64,000 nucleotides of DNA, from contig CAYLIB010000001.1 of NCBI GenBank assembly GCA_964384035.1, positions 135,636-199,635 on the forward strand, written 5' to 3'. A program made the position numbers and the translations under genes. The notes under the pieces are model-generated. The model was not told the DNA's origin. It saw only the letters and a list, made by a program, of their open reading frames with translations, and made no database searches. The DNA comes from an uncultured Candidatus Saccharibacteria bacterium. GTDB taxonomy: Bacteria; Patescibacteriota; Doudnabacteria; UBA920. Position 1 is the first letter of the stretch, and each line of letters opens with the position of its first letter. Shown here in pieces: positions 37,541 to 47,511 of this stretch.

Positions 37541-37603
37541 CTGTGACTCTGGGGCGATTAGCTAACTGCGTCGCCCCACTTTCTTTAAAAGGAGAAAAGA
37601 AAA

Positions 37604-37984
37604 ATGTTCCTATATTCTTCATTAGTCATATCACTGTTGTTAAATTTATCTGCCATCTTTCTTTACCTCCGTCATCTCGGAATAAAGGAGATGGGCAAAG
37701 AAGCCGAGCGACTAGAAGAGAAAATAACTACAGCGTTCACAATGGCGAACGGCATCCTAATTTGCCTCAGTCAACTCCCAGAGGAGTATGGCCTCAAGGC
37801 AGAAGCCGAAGGTTTCCTATTAGAAATAGATGATCTCATTCGTTCAAACGTGGTTAGTTTGGACGGGGGAGCAACCCCAAGGTTCAAGATTCTCGAAAAT
37901 CTCGATGAGCTAACTAAAAAAATGCTTTGTACAGCTAGTGGTAGAAAATACGAAGCGAAGGGGTGGAAAATTCCAGAGGCGTAA
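37604..37984 (+). CDS. Hypothetical protein with an N-terminal TM
   Basis: SD AAGGAG; hydrophobic N-terminus. Confidence 0.65.
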   Translation: MFLYSSLVISLLLNLSAIFLYLRHLGIKEMGKEAERLEEKITTAFTMANGILICLSQLPEEYGLKAEAEGFLLEIDDLIRSNVVSLDGGATPRFKILENLDELTKKMLCTASGRKYEAKGWKIPEA

Positions 37985-38030
37985 AAAAGGGTTAATTTTT
38001 TTAAAGCGGAATCATCAGAATTCCGCTCTT

Positions 38031-40181
38031 TTATTTTATAAACAACCGCGCAAGCCTTATTTCGTCATAACTAAAACTCTCGTCTAGTAGTTGTTTAACC
38101 GGAGCAAGAAATTCGGTGCCCGCCTCCAAATAAGCATCTTGTATTTTTAGAAGTCTCTGTGCGTCTGGTTTAAGGTATTCAATATCTAAACCAGGCTCCT
38201 GCTCCAGTAGTACTTCTATATGCGCAATTACCGTACCTTCCTTTATTCCTCTCTCATTCGCAATTTCGGCAAGACTTTTCCTCTCCAAAATGAACTGCTT
38301 GGTTATTAAATGGGTCGGCGTAGCTTTCTCTCGTATTACCCTTTGTTGTGGAGCTGGTTCTTTCTTAGTTGTTCTCTCCGAAAACCCCAAAGGTTCTGCG
38401 AAATTTCTAATTACTTCCACAAACTTTTCACCATACTGCAAAAGCTTTTGTTCACCCACGCCGTTAATATTCGCAAAACTTTCAAGACTCTGCGGTAAAC
38501 TGTTCGTCATGTCAATTAAGCTCACATTAGAAAACACAACATACGGCGGCACACCTTGTTCGTCCGCCAATCGCTTGCGAAGCTCAGATAATACTTGGTA
38601 CAGTTCTGGAAATTCAGTACTGCTGGCAACAGTTTTCTTTTCTTTCTTCTCTCTTTTTTCTTTCACTTCACTACTATTCACTTTCGGGATATGTAACACC
38701 TTCCTCTCCCTAAGCCACCGCATTCCCATAGGTGTAACCCGTAGAATAGGGTACTGTCCTGCTGTTTGTTCGAGTAAGTCCTTAGCTAAAAGCGATCCAA
38801 ATACTTCTTCCAGCTGGCTCTTAGAATAATCTTTTACAATCCCAAACACCGACAAATTATTATGCCCAAACTGCAGAACTTTTTCGTTTTCCTTACCCAG
38901 TAATACAGAAATAACATGCCCTTTCCCAAACCGTTGCTCGGTTTTTATAACCGCCGAAAGTATTTTCTGCGCAACTTCGGTTGCATCGAACTCCTCCGGT
39001 GGGTTAACGCACATATCACACATATCACACGGGGTAGGGAAGTCCTCACCAAAATAATTCAGTAAAAATTTTCGTCTACACGAAAGACTCTGTGCATAGT
39101 CCCGCACTTCATATAGTTTTTGCCATGCTCTTTGCTGTTCTTCGCTGTCGGTTATCATCTGAATCAAGCGACCCTGCTGTACTAAATCCCCAGCAGAATA
39201 AAAAAGTACACACTCACTAGGTAATCCGTCTCTTCCCGCACGACCAGTTTCCTGGTAATACCCCTCAACCGACTTTGGTAAACCCAAATGCACCACAAGC
39301 CTAACGTCTGGTTTGTCTATTCCCATACCAAACGCCACCGTCGCTACTATTATATCTATATCGCTTCGTATAAATTTCTCCTGTGTCCTGCTCCTATCCT
39401 CGCTACTCATACCTGCATGATAAGGCAGCGCCCTAAAACCGGAAGACTTAAGCACACTTGCCACTCGCTCGGTTTCATTCCTAGAAAAACAGTAAATAAT
39501 TACACTCTCATCCTTAAATTTATTCAGCAACTCCAGTAGTTTCGCTAAAGACCCCTGTTTAGGTACTACAGAATAAAATAAATTCGTTCTATTAAATCCA
39601 CTTAAAAAAGTTTTGTGGTCTGTTAACCCTAACTGCGAAATAATATCTGTCTGAACCTGCCCAGTCGCAGTAGCAGTTAGCGCAACTATCGGCACATCTG
39701 GAAAATACTGTCGTAAGTTTCTTAGGTTTCTATATTCCGGCCTAAAATCATGCCCCCATTCCGAAATACAATGCGCCTCATCTATTGCTATTAACCCCAC
39801 TGGAATATTTTCCAAAAATTCTCTGAACCCCGGAGTAGAAAATCGCTCCGGCGCCAAATACAAAAGTTTAACTTGTCCTCCGAGCACGGCTTGTTCCACC
39901 TCCATTCGCTCGTTCACCGAAAGGCTGCTATTTAAAAACGCAGCCGAAACACCATTATTCCTAAGTCCATCCACCTGGTCTTTCATTAAAGCTATTAAAG
40001 GCGAAACCACCAAAGTAACTCCGGGACGAAGCAAAGCCGGCAGCTGAAAACAAAGCGACTTCCCCCCGCCAGTCGGCATAATAACCAAAGAATCCCTCCC
40101 CGAAGCCACATGCTCTATAATCTCCCTTTGCCCCGGCCTAAAACTATCTAACCCAAAATATTTTTTAAGAGTATCTATCAT
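38031..40181 (-). CDS. recQ: ATP-dependent DNA helicase RecQ
   Basis: MPTGGGKSLCFQLP, DEAHCISEWGHDFRP, YYQETGRAGRDG, Zn/RQC, HRDC (VPPYVVFS) and C-terminal HTH. Confidence 0.97.
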   Translation of the reverse strand: MIDTLKKYFGLDSFRPGQREIIEHVASGRDSLVIMPTGGGKSLCFQLPALLRPGVTLVVSPLIALMKDQVDGLRNNGVSAAFLNSSLSVNERMEVEQAVLGGQVKLLYLAPERFSTPGFREFLENIPVGLIAIDEAHCISEWGHDFRPEYRNLRNLRQYFPDVPIVALTATATGQVQTDIISQLGLTDHKTFLSGFNRTNLFYSVVPKQGSLAKLLELLNKFKDESVIIYCFSRNETERVASVLKSSGFRALPYHAGMSSEDRSRTQEKFIRSDIDIIVATVAFGMGIDKPDVRLVVHLGLPKSVEGYYQETGRAGRDGLPSECVLFYSAGDLVQQGRLIQMITDSEEQQRAWQKLYEVRDYAQSLSCRRKFLLNYFGEDFPTPCDMCDMCVNPPEEFDATEVAQKILSAVIKTEQRFGKGHVISVLLGKENEKVLQFGHNNLSVFGIVKDYSKSQLEEVFGSLLAKDLLEQTAGQYPILRVTPMGMRWLRERKVLHIPKVNSSEVKEKREKKEKKTVASSTEFPELYQVLSELRKRLADEQGVPPYVVFSNVSLIDMTNSLPQSLESFANINGVGEQKLLQYGEKFVEVIRNFAEPLGFSERTTKKEPAPQQRVIREKATPTHLITKQFILERKSLAEIANERGIKEGTVIAHIEVLLEQEPGLDIEYLKPDAQRLLKIQDAYLEAGTEFLAPVKQLLDESFSYDEIRLARLFIK

Positions 40182-40217
40182 TTTGTAAGTATAATTTCAA
40201 ACAACTATACTAACAAT

Positions 40218-42227
40218 ATGACCCATTCACCCGAACACCAAACAAATTTAGAATTTGAATTAAGCAACGAGGAGTTAGATAGTTTGCTCGAGGAAAATAC
40301 CCCAAAAAGCAGATCAAAACTTCACAAATTTTTCGAGCACATACAAATAGAAAAAGAGAAATTTGAGTCAGAGCACATTGGAGATCCAGACCTAGAAGCG
40401 AATCCTGCAATATTAAGAGCTCTTGTCTGGGCTCAAAAAGCAAAGGACAAAACCGATAACTATTTACTACAATCCCACCTCGAAGATTTCCTAAATAGTC
40501 GAATAGATTTCGCCACAGACGAGGCTGAGGCAGGGGACGGATCCCCAGGAGCCGGTGCTTACAAGAACCGGTTCATGTTTAAAAATCAATTACGGTCTGC
40601 TCAGAACCGTTTAAAGTTCGGTCTAGTCTCAGAAACTAATCCAGCTCGTGAAGCTTTTGTTCCGCTCTCAAAGAGTCAAAACCTTTTTGCGCTTTATAGG
40701 AATGGGCAGTTAGCAGAAATTTACGAACAACCAGAAAGTTTGCAGGATTTCGAGTCTCTAGAAAATGAATTAGTAGCCGGGAATCCAAAAGAAGGTGAAG
40801 AAATCTATTCATCTGTAGTGAATATGTTACGTGATCTTCGAGAAAACCCACGAACCAATAACTTAACCACGCAAGTTTTACTAAAAGACACCATAGCAAA
40901 GTTCGATGAAGAGCACCCCAACTTCTATTTCGATTTTAAAGATTTGGAAAAGTGGGGAGAAGACCCAAACAAGCTTCATCCGGTTGTAATTGCTTGGCTT
41001 GTAATGCACAACGAGGACATGCCCCGTCTGAAAGAGGTCTTAAATCGTATTCCAAAGCCAAGCAGTGTAAGTAAGGAGAGGTTAGAATCACTAGCCTTCC
41101 CTTACCAGGACCCTTCAGGATCAACTTTAGCTGAATACGAATATCTAGTTAGTCCTGCCATGCGATACAGAATAGAAAAAGATTTCGGATTAGAAATAAG
41201 TAATCTGCCAATTCATGCCCAGGCTCAGTTTCTTAAGTACCTAAACTCAAGCAACGTAGAAAGTTTTGAAAAAGTTAAGTCAGTTATCGGTTCGCTAAAA
41301 GACGAAGGTCTACGTAGTGGTGCAGCATCTGCTTTCTTCTCGTGTTTAGAAAATCCTGAATATGCACAAGGGGTATTAAATCTAGTTGAAGATCTAAAAG
41401 ATAAACCCGAAGATCTTGAATCAGTTATTAGTTCATACAACCAAATAGTTGAAAGTTCGTTCAAAGCCGAACACTATCTGGGTCGTATAAATGACGCATC
41501 AGATCTAGAAGAAAATGACATTGCACAGGTGGCAAAGCGCATGCAGCATAAAGCCAACGAAATAGTTAAGCAGTACCAAAAGGGCGCTTCTAAAGAAACC
41601 TTAGGACTCGAGAAAAAACGCCTCTTAGAAGCAGAAATAGAGGTAATAGGTTTAGCCTCAGCCTATAAAAATGTCTCCAAAGAACACCCCGCAAAACTAG
41701 AATCGTTAACAGCCAGTGAATTAACTGAGAAACTTAAAAAAGAAATAGTAGAAACCTATCGTCGTGCCAGAAACCTAGACAGAGACTATCAAGGTCAGCA
41801 AGAAGTTGTAGAAGCACAAGTAAAAGATTTAGAGCATCACATGGAACCAAACTCCGGTGCGGTGTTCAAGTTAACCAGAGTCGGCGGAAAATTAATGGGT
41901 TTTATGTATCTACAACCAGAAAACAAAGACACTCTGTGGGTGGGCGGTCTAACCGTGAGGCCCGAGGCCCAGAGCGATAACGTGGTAGATGTTTTTCAGC
42001 AAGACATGAGAGAAGAAATTTACCCAAGATTCAATGTGGTAATAGAGGTCTTAGCCGAAAAAGAAAGCCTGCAAAGAGCCTATGGGTTCGAAGGGTTTGC
42101 CTATAAGAAAGGAGAGGACGGAAAAGATAAGGTAATAAACGAATTCGCCGGTGTACAGTTTGTGGTCATGGAGAGACCTAAAGGTGTGAAGCAAGCTATG
42201 CGAAAATCTAAAACAGCTACTGCTTAG
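40218..42227 (+). CDS. 669-aa modular protein: shared helical domain plus C-terminal GNAT-like acetyltransferase
   Basis: GKLMGFM...LWVGGLTVRPEAQSDNV and Y...GF GNAT pattern; N-terminal half homologous to 49449-52463. Confidence 0.65.
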   Translation: MTHSPEHQTNLEFELSNEELDSLLEENTPKSRSKLHKFFEHIQIEKEKFESEHIGDPDLEANPAILRALVWAQKAKDKTDNYLLQSHLEDFLNSRIDFATDEAEAGDGSPGAGAYKNRFMFKNQLRSAQNRLKFGLVSETNPAREAFVPLSKSQNLFALYRNGQLAEIYEQPESLQDFESLENELVAGNPKEGEEIYSSVVNMLRDLRENPRTNNLTTQVLLKDTIAKFDEEHPNFYFDFKDLEKWGEDPNKLHPVVIAWLVMHNEDMPRLKEVLNRIPKPSSVSKERLESLAFPYQDPSGSTLAEYEYLVSPAMRYRIEKDFGLEISNLPIHAQAQFLKYLNSSNVESFEKVKSVIGSLKDEGLRSGAASAFFSCLENPEYAQGVLNLVEDLKDKPEDLESVISSYNQIVESSFKAEHYLGRINDASDLEENDIAQVAKRMQHKANEIVKQYQKGASKETLGLEKKRLLEAEIEVIGLASAYKNVSKEHPAKLESLTASELTEKLKKEIVETYRRARNLDRDYQGQQEVVEAQVKDLEHHMEPNSGAVFKLTRVGGKLMGFMYLQPENKDTLWVGGLTVRPEAQSDNVVDVFQQDMREEIYPRFNVVIEVLAEKESLQRAYGFEGFAYKKGEDGKDKVINEFAGVQFVVMERPKGVKQAMRKSKTATA

Positions 42228-42242
42228 TTAGTAGCTGTTTTA
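42209..42242. terminator. Bidirectional terminator encoded across two overlapping gene ends
   Basis: taaaacagctact-gcttagtt-agtagctgtttta. Confidence 0.65.
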
Positions 42243-43015
42243 ATTTCCTTTGCGTGTATCCAGTTGTGCTCAAAAAGTAGTTTTTGCAGTTTATATATGT
42301 GTGAGTCTCTAATTAATACCGAGACTATTTTGTTAGGGTTTAGAGTTATGTAGCATATTGTATCGTTGTAAATTCTAAGCATCGCTGGGAAGTCTTCCGG
42401 AAGGTCTAAAAATCTAACGTGAGTAAATTTACTAGCAAGCTCAGTCGCGACTTTTTGCTCGAAAGGTGTATTGCGCACAAGTAGTCTATGGTTAACTTGT
42501 AGTCGGTGCCTAGCCTTAACGTAATCGTCATTTAATTCCTTAGCCTGTGTTAACACTACTTCGCTATCTATATAAGAACATACTTCTTTAGCGTGAAGCG
42601 AATCTTTCACTGCTTTAACCGCCCCTTCTAACCCTTCAAAAAACTGTACCGTCGGTCTATTCGCAATCAAGTTAAAGTCAGAAGTAACGTTTTGCCAAAT
42701 ACCTTCCACCGCCAAAGCGGCATTTTTTATTTGCGCCTCTTTCGAGCTAATAATCTTTTTCAAGTTATCCGGATGAAGAGGGGAGAACTGCGTTACCTTA
42801 CCCACTACCTCTTTTTTTTCTATTAACTCCAACTCTTCCAATTCCTCCAGGACTTTATAAAGCAGCCCCTTTTTTAAAGGTGTCTTAGTAAACAGCTTAG
42901 TCGCCGTCATTTCCCCATGCTTCAGTAGCACCTCATAAACAACCGCCTGGTTCTCTGTTAGCCCAGCCAACTCAAAAGTATTTGTATAAGAAAATGAAGA
43001 TTTACTTTCGTTCAT
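42224..43015 (-). CDS. TrmB-family transcriptional regulator (TrmB4)
   Basis: LAGLTENQAVVYEVLLKHG HTH; RPTVQFFEGLEG linker; LFEHNW end. Confidence 0.9.
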   Translation of the reverse strand: MNESKSSFSYTNTFELAGLTENQAVVYEVLLKHGEMTATKLFTKTPLKKGLLYKVLEELEELELIEKKEVVGKVTQFSPLHPDNLKKIISSKEAQIKNAALAVEGIWQNVTSDFNLIANRPTVQFFEGLEGAVKAVKDSLHAKEVCSYIDSEVVLTQAKELNDDYVKARHRLQVNHRLLVRNTPFEQKVATELASKFTHVRFLDLPEDFPAMLRIYNDTICYITLNPNKIVSVLIRDSHIYKLQKLLFEHNWIHAKEIKTATN

Positions 43016-43142
43016 ACCTATATAATAGCACAAAACAAAAATATTTTCAATACTTTTTGAAAATAATCACTAATAAAATATATAAATTTAACCCTATTTT
43101 CATTAATCAATTGAAAATAAGCAATATTTTATTCAATAATTA

Positions 43143-43171
43143 TTGACATTTATATAATTTTATGGCATACT
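43143..43171 (+). promoter_or_regulatory. sigma70 promoter of cargo operon D
   Basis: TTGACA-17-CATACT; nearly identical to 61767-61795. Confidence 0.75.
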
Positions 43172-43259
43172 ACAACTTAAACCCAAACAAACAGTAACCT
43201 CCTTCACCGGAGGTTTTCGCAAAACCCGTTTTCACCCGTTTTTCGGGCAAGGAGGAAAG

Positions 43260-43529
43260 ATGACAGCTTTACAAATCACCCTCACGGTACTCATCCTGCT
43301 CATGGTTGCTCTTGCGTTCAGTATTATGAACGCGACAGTTGGCACCCCTTCCAATTGGAAGTGGTATCGCCGCTTAAAAGGCGGTCACTGGGAAAAATGG
43401 TGCGTAGATTTCCCCGTTTGTGGGGACGTCTGGCACCAAGTATCACAATGCTCAACTTCCACTGGGCAGCGGCCTACGAGTATCTGTCGGGGTACCCCGA
43501 CCTGCGAGCACTACCCCCAGAAACGGTAG
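43260..43529 (+). CDS. Small membrane-anchored Cys-rich protein (cargo)
   Basis: SD AAGGAGG; N-terminal TM; several Cys. Confidence 0.65.
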   Translation: MTALQITLTVLILLMVALAFSIMNATVGTPSNWKWYRRLKGGHWEKWCVDFPVCGDVWHQVSQCSTSTGQRPTSICRGTPTCEHYPQKR

Positions 43530-43709
43530 TGCAAAAAACCGGAAATGGAGAATCGCACATTCTCCATTTCCCTCTTATTAAAAGAAGTAATAAGTTATTT
43601 CTTTCAACGAGAGAAAAATAATACTCCTTACGTTTTGGTCTATTGCGGCCGCACAGATCAAAACAAACCCAAATTTCCGACCCGGCGGAATCCGGGTTTA
43701 AGGAGCAAA

Positions 43710-44222
43710 ATGAACATTTTTTCTTTCGACGCAGAAACTGACGGCTTGCACGGCGACGTGTGGGCAATCGGTGCCGTAGTTCAAGACGAACACGGTACCG
43801 AGATTGCTCGGTTCGCCGGGCAAGTTGACCCTGCTGATCTCACAAATCAGTGGGTAATCGAAAACGTGGTGCCCCACGTAAACCTCCCAGTATTCTCGAC
43901 GCGTCTCGAGCTTCGCGATGCGTTCTGGAAATTCTGGCTTGCCAATAAAAACGATGCGCTGTGCATTGCTGATGTTGGCTCGCCAGTAGAATCGGGATTA
44001 TTCAGCGCCTGTATAGCAGACGATCTTGGTGCGAGACAGTGGAGTGGTCCATACCCGCTCCACGAAGTAGCAACGCTCCTGTTCGCTGCAGGGGTCGACC
44101 CCGATCTTAATCGGGTCGAATTCTCAGGTCTTTCGGGGTTAATTCAACACAACCCGGTAGACGACGCCATCGCCTCAGCCGCTTGCTGGCGAAAGGCGAT
44201 GAAAATTATCAGGAATCACTAA
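43710..44222 (+). CDS. DEDD-superfamily 3'-5' exonuclease (cargo)
   Basis: ExoI FSFDAETDG and ExoIII HNPVDDA; SD AAGGAG before ATG 43710. Confidence 0.8.
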   Translation: MNIFSFDAETDGLHGDVWAIGAVVQDEHGTEIARFAGQVDPADLTNQWVIENVVPHVNLPVFSTRLELRDAFWKFWLANKNDALCIADVGSPVESGLFSACIADDLGARQWSGPYPLHEVATLLFAAGVDPDLNRVEFSGLSGLIQHNPVDDAIASAACWRKAMKIIRNH

Positions 44223-44356
44223 TTTCCACCCGCGGCAGGCGGGCAAATAAACTCACTCAACCAGAGAACGACCCTGCCTCGTTCTCTCCTTTTTCCTAGC
44301 TCGTAAATAAGTTGCGATCTAAGAAAAAATCAAACTCTAAAAAACAAGGAGATCAA

Positions 44357-45172
44357 ATGTTACTAGAAATTTCGAAAGAGAAGATTCTTTCGAGCGAATG
44401 GCAGCTCGGATGGCGCGAATTTAACAACGGAACGATTATTGAAACGTTCCTCGTCGATAAGGAAACTTTCGGTGATTTCAAAATAACGGTTCCTGAATTA
44501 GACCAGCTACCGCTTAAAGGAGAGCGGTTTGCAGAGCGGGTCGAAATTGAACATACCTGTACGGTTGCTGCTCGGGTAACCGAGCGGTATAGGCTGATAA
44601 AGTTTCTAAAAAGACTGGATAAATATGAATTAGGGAAACATTTGGAAAACCGCATCGCGGAGATGAAACCCGAAATGGCGTTAGATGAAAAAACTTATAA
44701 GGAAGCGAGCGAGCGGCTGAATGCTGCAGTACAAGCGCTTCGAGGTTTTCGTTACACTCATGCGTACCGGAAATATCTCCCTACTAGCCCCAACAGGGGG
44801 GTAGCAAAGCGGAAAGCATTGCGTGAGCGCGCAACACTTGAACAGGAGCAAAAAATTGCACAAGAATGCTCGGATATTGTTCTTGGAAGAATGCGAAAGA
44901 ACGAGCATTTCATGAATGCCCTAAAAGAAAAATTCTGGGATAGAGTAAAAGTAGTCTACCGAGAAAAACATGCGCTCGGCCGTCTGCGCTCCTACAAACA
45001 AAGAGGCTATGACGTCTATCCTCACATGAAAGACTCGCTTATGCACGTAGAGGGATACAGCGAAAGAAAGGAAAGCCCCCACTACTCTTCTTTATGGTAC
45101 GAAGACCCTATGAGTCTTGATATACATAGTTTACTAACCAAATTTGTTGTGGATAATGTCCAGACCGAATAA
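44357..45172 (+). CDS. Hypothetical coiled-coil protein (cargo)
   Basis: SD AAGGAG before ATG 44357. Confidence 0.7.
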   Translation: MLLEISKEKILSSEWQLGWREFNNGTIIETFLVDKETFGDFKITVPELDQLPLKGERFAERVEIEHTCTVAARVTERYRLIKFLKRLDKYELGKHLENRIAEMKPEMALDEKTYKEASERLNAAVQALRGFRYTHAYRKYLPTSPNRGVAKRKALRERATLEQEQKIAQECSDIVLGRMRKNEHFMNALKEKFWDRVKVVYREKHALGRLRSYKQRGYDVYPHMKDSLMHVEGYSERKESPHYSSLWYEDPMSLDIHSLLTKFVVDNVQTE

Positions 45173-45302
45173 GGTACGAGGATGCATTCAATACTCTCCT
45201 TTTCCACCTACAAAAAGTTACCCTTCGGGAGAAGTCTAAGAACTTCTCCCTCTTTTTTTATACCCTCCAACCCATACCACAAGAGTCAGGTATAATTACT
45301 TC

Positions 45303-47483
45303 ATGCATACTTCCGAAGGACAATCGCCTGATCACTCATTTCAACCATTCACACATGAACAACCTATCCCAGAGGCCGAGTCTTTTTACACAGAAACCCC
45401 AGAGCAACAAAAAACTCAAGAACTCCCCGAAAAAATTCAGGGTGTCTTTAGCGAATTTATAAAACATAAAGTCACTTTCCTAACGCGAACAATGCAGGGC
45501 CTAGAAAGTCAGGTTTATGGTAGAAAAATGTCCACTTTGTCGGAAATACAAGCAGGCCTGCTCCCTCATTTCCAAGCAGTCTTAAATGAATTTACAGAAG
45601 GGGCACCCAATAAAGAAGACGAAGCAAGTGTAAACGCAAAAGCTATAGAGTTAGTGAACAAACTTCTAGAAACGTTTAGTAGAATTCAACTTATAATTGC
45701 CACCGCAACCGAATCTGCCATTCAAGTACAAGATAAACTTCGTTCAATTTCTAAAGATTTAAAATTAGATGAAGACATACAGCTCGCACTCTTCCGTCCG
45801 CTAATGTTCCAAGCCCGCCTGGAAGATGAGATGCAAAGAAATACTCCAGAAGCTTTAGAAAAACTGAAATTAGCGTCTGCCCAACACGACCATATTACGC
45901 CCACCCCTCACGTAACAAGCCACGGAATAGAAATTCTCATTAAAGATTTAGAAGAAAGAGGAGCTTTTTCAGAAGAAGATTACGAAGCTGTTAGAGCTTT
46001 GCAAGGTGCGGGTGAAGCACAGGCGCAAAAATTAAAACAACAAGCCGAAACCAACGCTAAAAAATACGCACCAGCTATTAGAGAATTAAGAGAGCTTCTT
46101 AAGTTTCAAAACCAATTCGAAAAACAAGTAAATCTATTAATACTAAACCCTGAAACAGGCGAGCTACCTAAAGATATCTTCTCAAACCTAGAAAGAGACG
46201 CAGAAAATTACACTCCTGAGCTTGCAACTTCGGAACACCAAGCATTTTTCCCTGTTGGTATAACAAAAGATTTACCCAAAAAACAACAAGAGTTCAAAGG
46301 AGACTTAAAATCAGCAAAACCCGTAGAAATCTACGCCTACCTTTTTTGGCTAAACAACCAAAATCAAAAAATTACATTAATGGTTGCAGACACCGCCCAA
46401 GTACCTAACTACATGGGTTTATATGACTTAAGTGAACAAGAAGCAAAAACCGCAAGCGCTCAAATAGGGGAGCGAGAAGCCAGTAAATACCAAAAAATTA
46501 TAGACACCTTTGGCTTACAAAATATAGAAATTGTAAGGTATCAAGATTTTTTAAAAGACAAACAAGATTTTAAAGCAAACCAAGAACTAGTAGAAAAATT
46601 ACTCAGTCATCCGCTGTTCAAGAAAGCAAGAGAAGCAATGTTGCCGGCATCACTCAAAGGTAATGGCGCGGAGAGCTTTAGTAAGTATGGCGCCGAAGAA
46701 CTCGCCGTAATCCTTTCCACCCCCGGCAGAAAAATTTCACACCAAAACGAAGCCCGTTACGATGCTCTCGCTTCGGTTATTCAAAATGTGGAAAAAGAAT
46801 ATGGTAAAACCGTCTTTGCCGATCCAAACTCCACCGAATTTATAGAGGCATACGACGCAGTCCTCGGCGCCCTGCAGTTAAAATTAAAAGCAGAATCAGA
46901 GAAACCTAGTCTAACAGAGGAACAAAAAAATTATTTCGCAAAGGCCGTAGCAGGTCTAAGTTTACTTAGAGAAAGCGAGAAAGATTTTTTAAAGTCGCAC
47001 ATACAAGACTCAAAAGAAAGAGCAAGAGTCCTTCAGCGAAACAAAGTATACGAGAACCTAAGTAGTAAAGTAGAGTACAATTTTTCAGTACCTAGCGTTG
47101 CTACCAGAAGTTTTGGTTGGAAAACCGGTAAAAAAGGGGAGACCGTTTCTACAGTTTCCGGAACAGATCCTTACGCCGACTTTTTCTACCAAGGCGAGTT
47201 CTCTTTCCTTCACGCCAACCAAGTCGTGGCCACTACCGAAGGCTATATTGGGGGAAAAGTCTTAGCTCTAGACCAAGCTAGTCAAACCAAATATGCTGAG
47301 GAATCCACAAAGCCATTATTAACCCACTTCGTTCGCACTCTCCAAAACACCCCACCTGAATACTTTAAAAGTCTGGGTAAAAATAAAGAAGACCTAATTG
47401 CAGAGGCTAAGGAAATCCGCTCTGTTGCTGAAGCCACGTTCTTTATTCAAAAATATATAGTAAGACCTACACAAGAAATCTAA
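45303..47483 (+). CDS. 726-aa protein with a cyclodipeptide-synthase-like (tRNA-dependent, Rossmann/HUP) domain
   Basis: HQAFFPVGIT resembles Hx[LVI][LVI]G[LVI]S; ITLMVAD..Q..NY; IVRYQDF; YGAEELA resembles Y[LVI]xxExP. Confidence 0.5.
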   Translation: MHTSEGQSPDHSFQPFTHEQPIPEAESFYTETPEQQKTQELPEKIQGVFSEFIKHKVTFLTRTMQGLESQVYGRKMSTLSEIQAGLLPHFQAVLNEFTEGAPNKEDEASVNAKAIELVNKLLETFSRIQLIIATATESAIQVQDKLRSISKDLKLDEDIQLALFRPLMFQARLEDEMQRNTPEALEKLKLASAQHDHITPTPHVTSHGIEILIKDLEERGAFSEEDYEAVRALQGAGEAQAQKLKQQAETNAKKYAPAIRELRELLKFQNQFEKQVNLLILNPETGELPKDIFSNLERDAENYTPELATSEHQAFFPVGITKDLPKKQQEFKGDLKSAKPVEIYAYLFWLNNQNQKITLMVADTAQVPNYMGLYDLSEQEAKTASAQIGEREASKYQKIIDTFGLQNIEIVRYQDFLKDKQDFKANQELVEKLLSHPLFKKAREAMLPASLKGNGAESFSKYGAEELAVILSTPGRKISHQNEARYDALASVIQNVEKEYGKTVFADPNSTEFIEAYDAVLGALQLKLKAESEKPSLTEEQKNYFAKAVAGLSLLRESEKDFLKSHIQDSKERARVLQRNKVYENLSSKVEYNFSVPSVATRSFGWKTGKKGETVSTVSGTDPYADFFYQGEFSFLHANQVVATTEGYIGGKVLALDQASQTKYAEESTKPLLTHFVRTLQNTPPEYFKSLGKNKEDLIAEAKEIRSVAEATFFIQKYIVRPTQEI

Positions 47484-47511
47484 AAAACAGCCTCCCCGCG
47501 GAGGCTGTTTT
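47484..47511. terminator. Bidirectional terminator
   Basis: aaaacagcctcc-ccgc-ggaggctgtttt. Confidence 0.8.
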
